Positions 22,841 to 24,000 of a DNA stretch of 24,000 nt are shown here, piece by piece (position 1 is the first letter of the stretch; the number at the start of each line of letters is the position of its first letter). Origin of the DNA: Spirochaetaceae bacterium. GTDB taxonomy: Bacteria; Spirochaetota; Spirochaetia; DSM-2461. Made by a program: the position numbers and the translations under genes. A model generated the notes under the pieces. It was not told the origin of the DNA and did not search any database. It worked only from the letters and a program-made list of their open reading frames with translations. The DNA lies in assembly GCA_051531975.1 (NCBI GenBank), contig JAOPTT010000002.1, forward strand, positions 250,201-274,200, written 5' to 3'.

Positions 22841-24000
22841 AAGATATCTCATTTAGATTAGACAACAAAAGTAAAGTTGGACTAATTGGAGATAATGGAA
22901 CAGGAAAATCAACACTACTTAAAATATTAATTGGTCAATTAAAACCAGAGGGTTTATTAACCAATAGTATGGAGATAGCATATCTATCCCAGGAAGTAGA
23001 AACAGAATCAAATAAAGTAATAGACCTACTCTATTTAAAGAAGGAAAAGTTATTAAATCTACGGATTGCAATCGAAGCGTTCCAAGATGATGACTGCACT
23101 ATATTTTCTGATTATCAGGAAGCAGGTGGTTGGGATTACGAAGTCCAGATTGATAAATGGTTAACTAGATTTAACTTTACAAAAAAAGACCTATACAGAG
23201 ATTTAATAGAGTTAAGTGGTGGTGAGAAAACAAAGATTAATCTAATTTCCCTACTCTTACAAGATCCTGATATTCTACTGCTAGATGAACCAACAAATCA
23301 CCTCGATTTAGAATCAACTCTATGGTTAGAATCATTTCTTAAAAGTCATAAAACCCCTTACATTATTATTAGTCACGATAGAGAGTTTTTAGATAATATA
23401 ACGACTACAACGTGGGAAATAGAAGATAACAGGCTAGAAGAGTATTCAGGAAACTACAGCTTTTATAAAAAGATGAAGGAAGAAAAATACAATCTAGAGA
23501 TGCATCTCTACCAAGAGCAATGTAAAAAGGTTAACAAGCTAAAAAAGTCTTTAAAAGATAGGAAGGACTGGGGCTTAAGTCACCAAGCCCAGACAGGGCC
23601 TAATGGTTATGCACCAATTTACGAAGAGTTAAAAAACAAAGCCAAAAATACAATGAGAAATGCAATGGTTCTAGAAAATAGGATTCACCTACTAATTGAA
23701 AAAGAGGAGAAGAAGAAACCAACTATAAAAGAGAGTGCAAGAATTGTATTTGAACAGAACCTTGGAAAAGCAGGTAAAAATTGCATAACCATGGAAAATC
23801 TAGGTAAATCATTTACTAAAAACCTCTTTAGTGACCTTAATTTAGTAGTTAAACATGGGGAAAGAGTTGCTGTTACTGGATTAAATGGTTCAGGAAAAAC
23901 TACCCTACTTAAAATGATTATGGGTTTGGATATAAATTATTCTGGACGGATATTTATTCCAAAAAATGTTTTAATATCATACTTTAGCCAAGAGTACGAA
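22780..24000 (+). CDS. ABC-F family ATPase (tandem ABC domains, no TM segments); possibly an ARE-type ribosomal protection factor; the 3' end runs off the window
   Basis: Edge ORF absent from the track; translated by hand. It starts at TTG 22780, with GAAGGAAG 6 nt upstream and an in-frame TAA at 22759-22761. Translation: (M)LIQGQKISYRYKTNSEYTLEDISFRLDNKSKVGLIGDNGTGKSTLLK (Walker A), LSGGEKTKINL (signature), ILLLDEPTNHLD (Walker B), ISHDREFL, GNYSFY, a charged linker of about 105 aa, then ITMENLGKSF...VAVTGLNGSGKTTLLK (second Walker A). The frame stays open to 24000. Confidence 0.9.
   Translation, partial: MLIQGQKISYRYKTNSEYTLEDISFRLDNKSKVGLIGDNGTGKSTLLKILIGQLKPEGLLTNSMEIAYLSQEVETESNKVIDLLYLKKEKLLNLRIAIEAFQDDDCTIFSDYQEAGGWDYEVQIDKWLTRFNFTKKDLYRDLIELSGGEKTKINLISLLLQDPDILLLDEPTNHLDLESTLWLESFLKSHKTPYIIISHDREFLDNITTTTWEIEDNRLEEYSGNYSFYKKMKEEKYNLEMHLYQEQCKKVNKLKKSLKDRKDWGLSHQAQTGPNGYAPIYEELKNKAKNTMRNAMVLENRIHLLIEKEEKKKPTIKESARIVFEQNLGKAGKNCITMENLGKSFTKNLFSDLNLVVKHGERVAVTGLNGSGKTTLLKMIMGLDINYSGRIFIPKNVLISYFSQEYE

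Noticed and set aside
22721-24000. Reading the ABC-F gene as a frameshifted pseudogene or a programmed -1 frameshift starting at ATG 22721, slipping on the A6 run at 22796-22801
   Set aside because: Homology to ABC-F N-termini (LIQGQKISYRY) already begins at TTG 22780, upstream of the A run, and that TTG has its own RBS. The 20 residues encoded from the ATG look nothing like an ABC-F N-terminus. The sequence GAC AAA AAA is not a canonical X XXY YYZ heptamer. I kept it only as an alternative within the uORF finding.
1-24000. Search for CRISPR arrays, IS or transposon ends, integrases, tRNA or rRNA genes, and toxin-antitoxin or defence-type gene pairs
   Set aside because: I saw no regularly spaced repeats, no long terminal inverted repeats and no recombinase-like or nuclease/helicase-type ORFs. 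The non-coding gaps are at most about 390 bp and too AT-rich for tRNA-like stems. The region reads as core or accessory metabolic and signalling chromosome.

Overview
This is an AT-rich stretch of bacterial chromosome (roughly 30% G+C by eye, not computed) that looks like ordinary, densely packed chromosome. I found no rRNA, tRNA, CRISPR array, transposase, integrase or phage genes. I call 24 protein-coding genes. Two of them are edge ORFs missing from the supplied track, which I translated by hand.

Gene order:
- 1-890 (-): a LivJ-like periplasmic-binding-fold protein, truncated at the window edge.
- 1031-3072 (-): a four-gene operon of split permease (N-half, then C-half with an RnfB-type Fe-S tail), cupin and Crp/Fnr regulator. 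A perfect TGTGA-N6-TCACA box lies upstream.
- 3145-10822 (-): a xyloside/arabinoside utilisation locus with a GH43 beta-xylosidase, two CUT1 ABC permeases, a solute-binding protein, and a YesN-like AraC response regulator with a YesM-like kinase. It has no ATPase gene.
- 10896-12331 (-): an SDR oxidoreductase plus TetR operon, with a near-consensus promoter and a palindromic operator.
- 12418-16121: creD, divergent from a CreB/CreC-like two-component pair.
- 16231-18913: three methyltransferase-type genes, namely a FliB-family lysine-N-methylase homologue, a TrmK-like enzyme and a UPF0020/Trm11-like enzyme.
- 19099-22386: an orphan family-3 solute-binding protein, a two-domain Nudix hydrolase, and a TM-PAS-GAF-HD-GYP protein.
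- 22529-24000 (+): an ABC-F ATPase, truncated at the window edge, preceded by an attenuator-like leader.

The signal-peptide style (LFASGQNE), CreD and the FliB-like gene suggest a low-GC spirochaete or similar organism. I cannot establish taxonomy from the sequence alone.

I see no canonical defence or mobile island. The most distinctive candidates are:
- the ABC-F leader, which has a 15-codon uORF, an intrinsic terminator and a second overlapping uORF;
- the Crp-box-controlled split permease with an Fe-S tail plus a cupin;
- the methyltransferase trio.

All functional calls come from motif recognition by eye. No database search was run.
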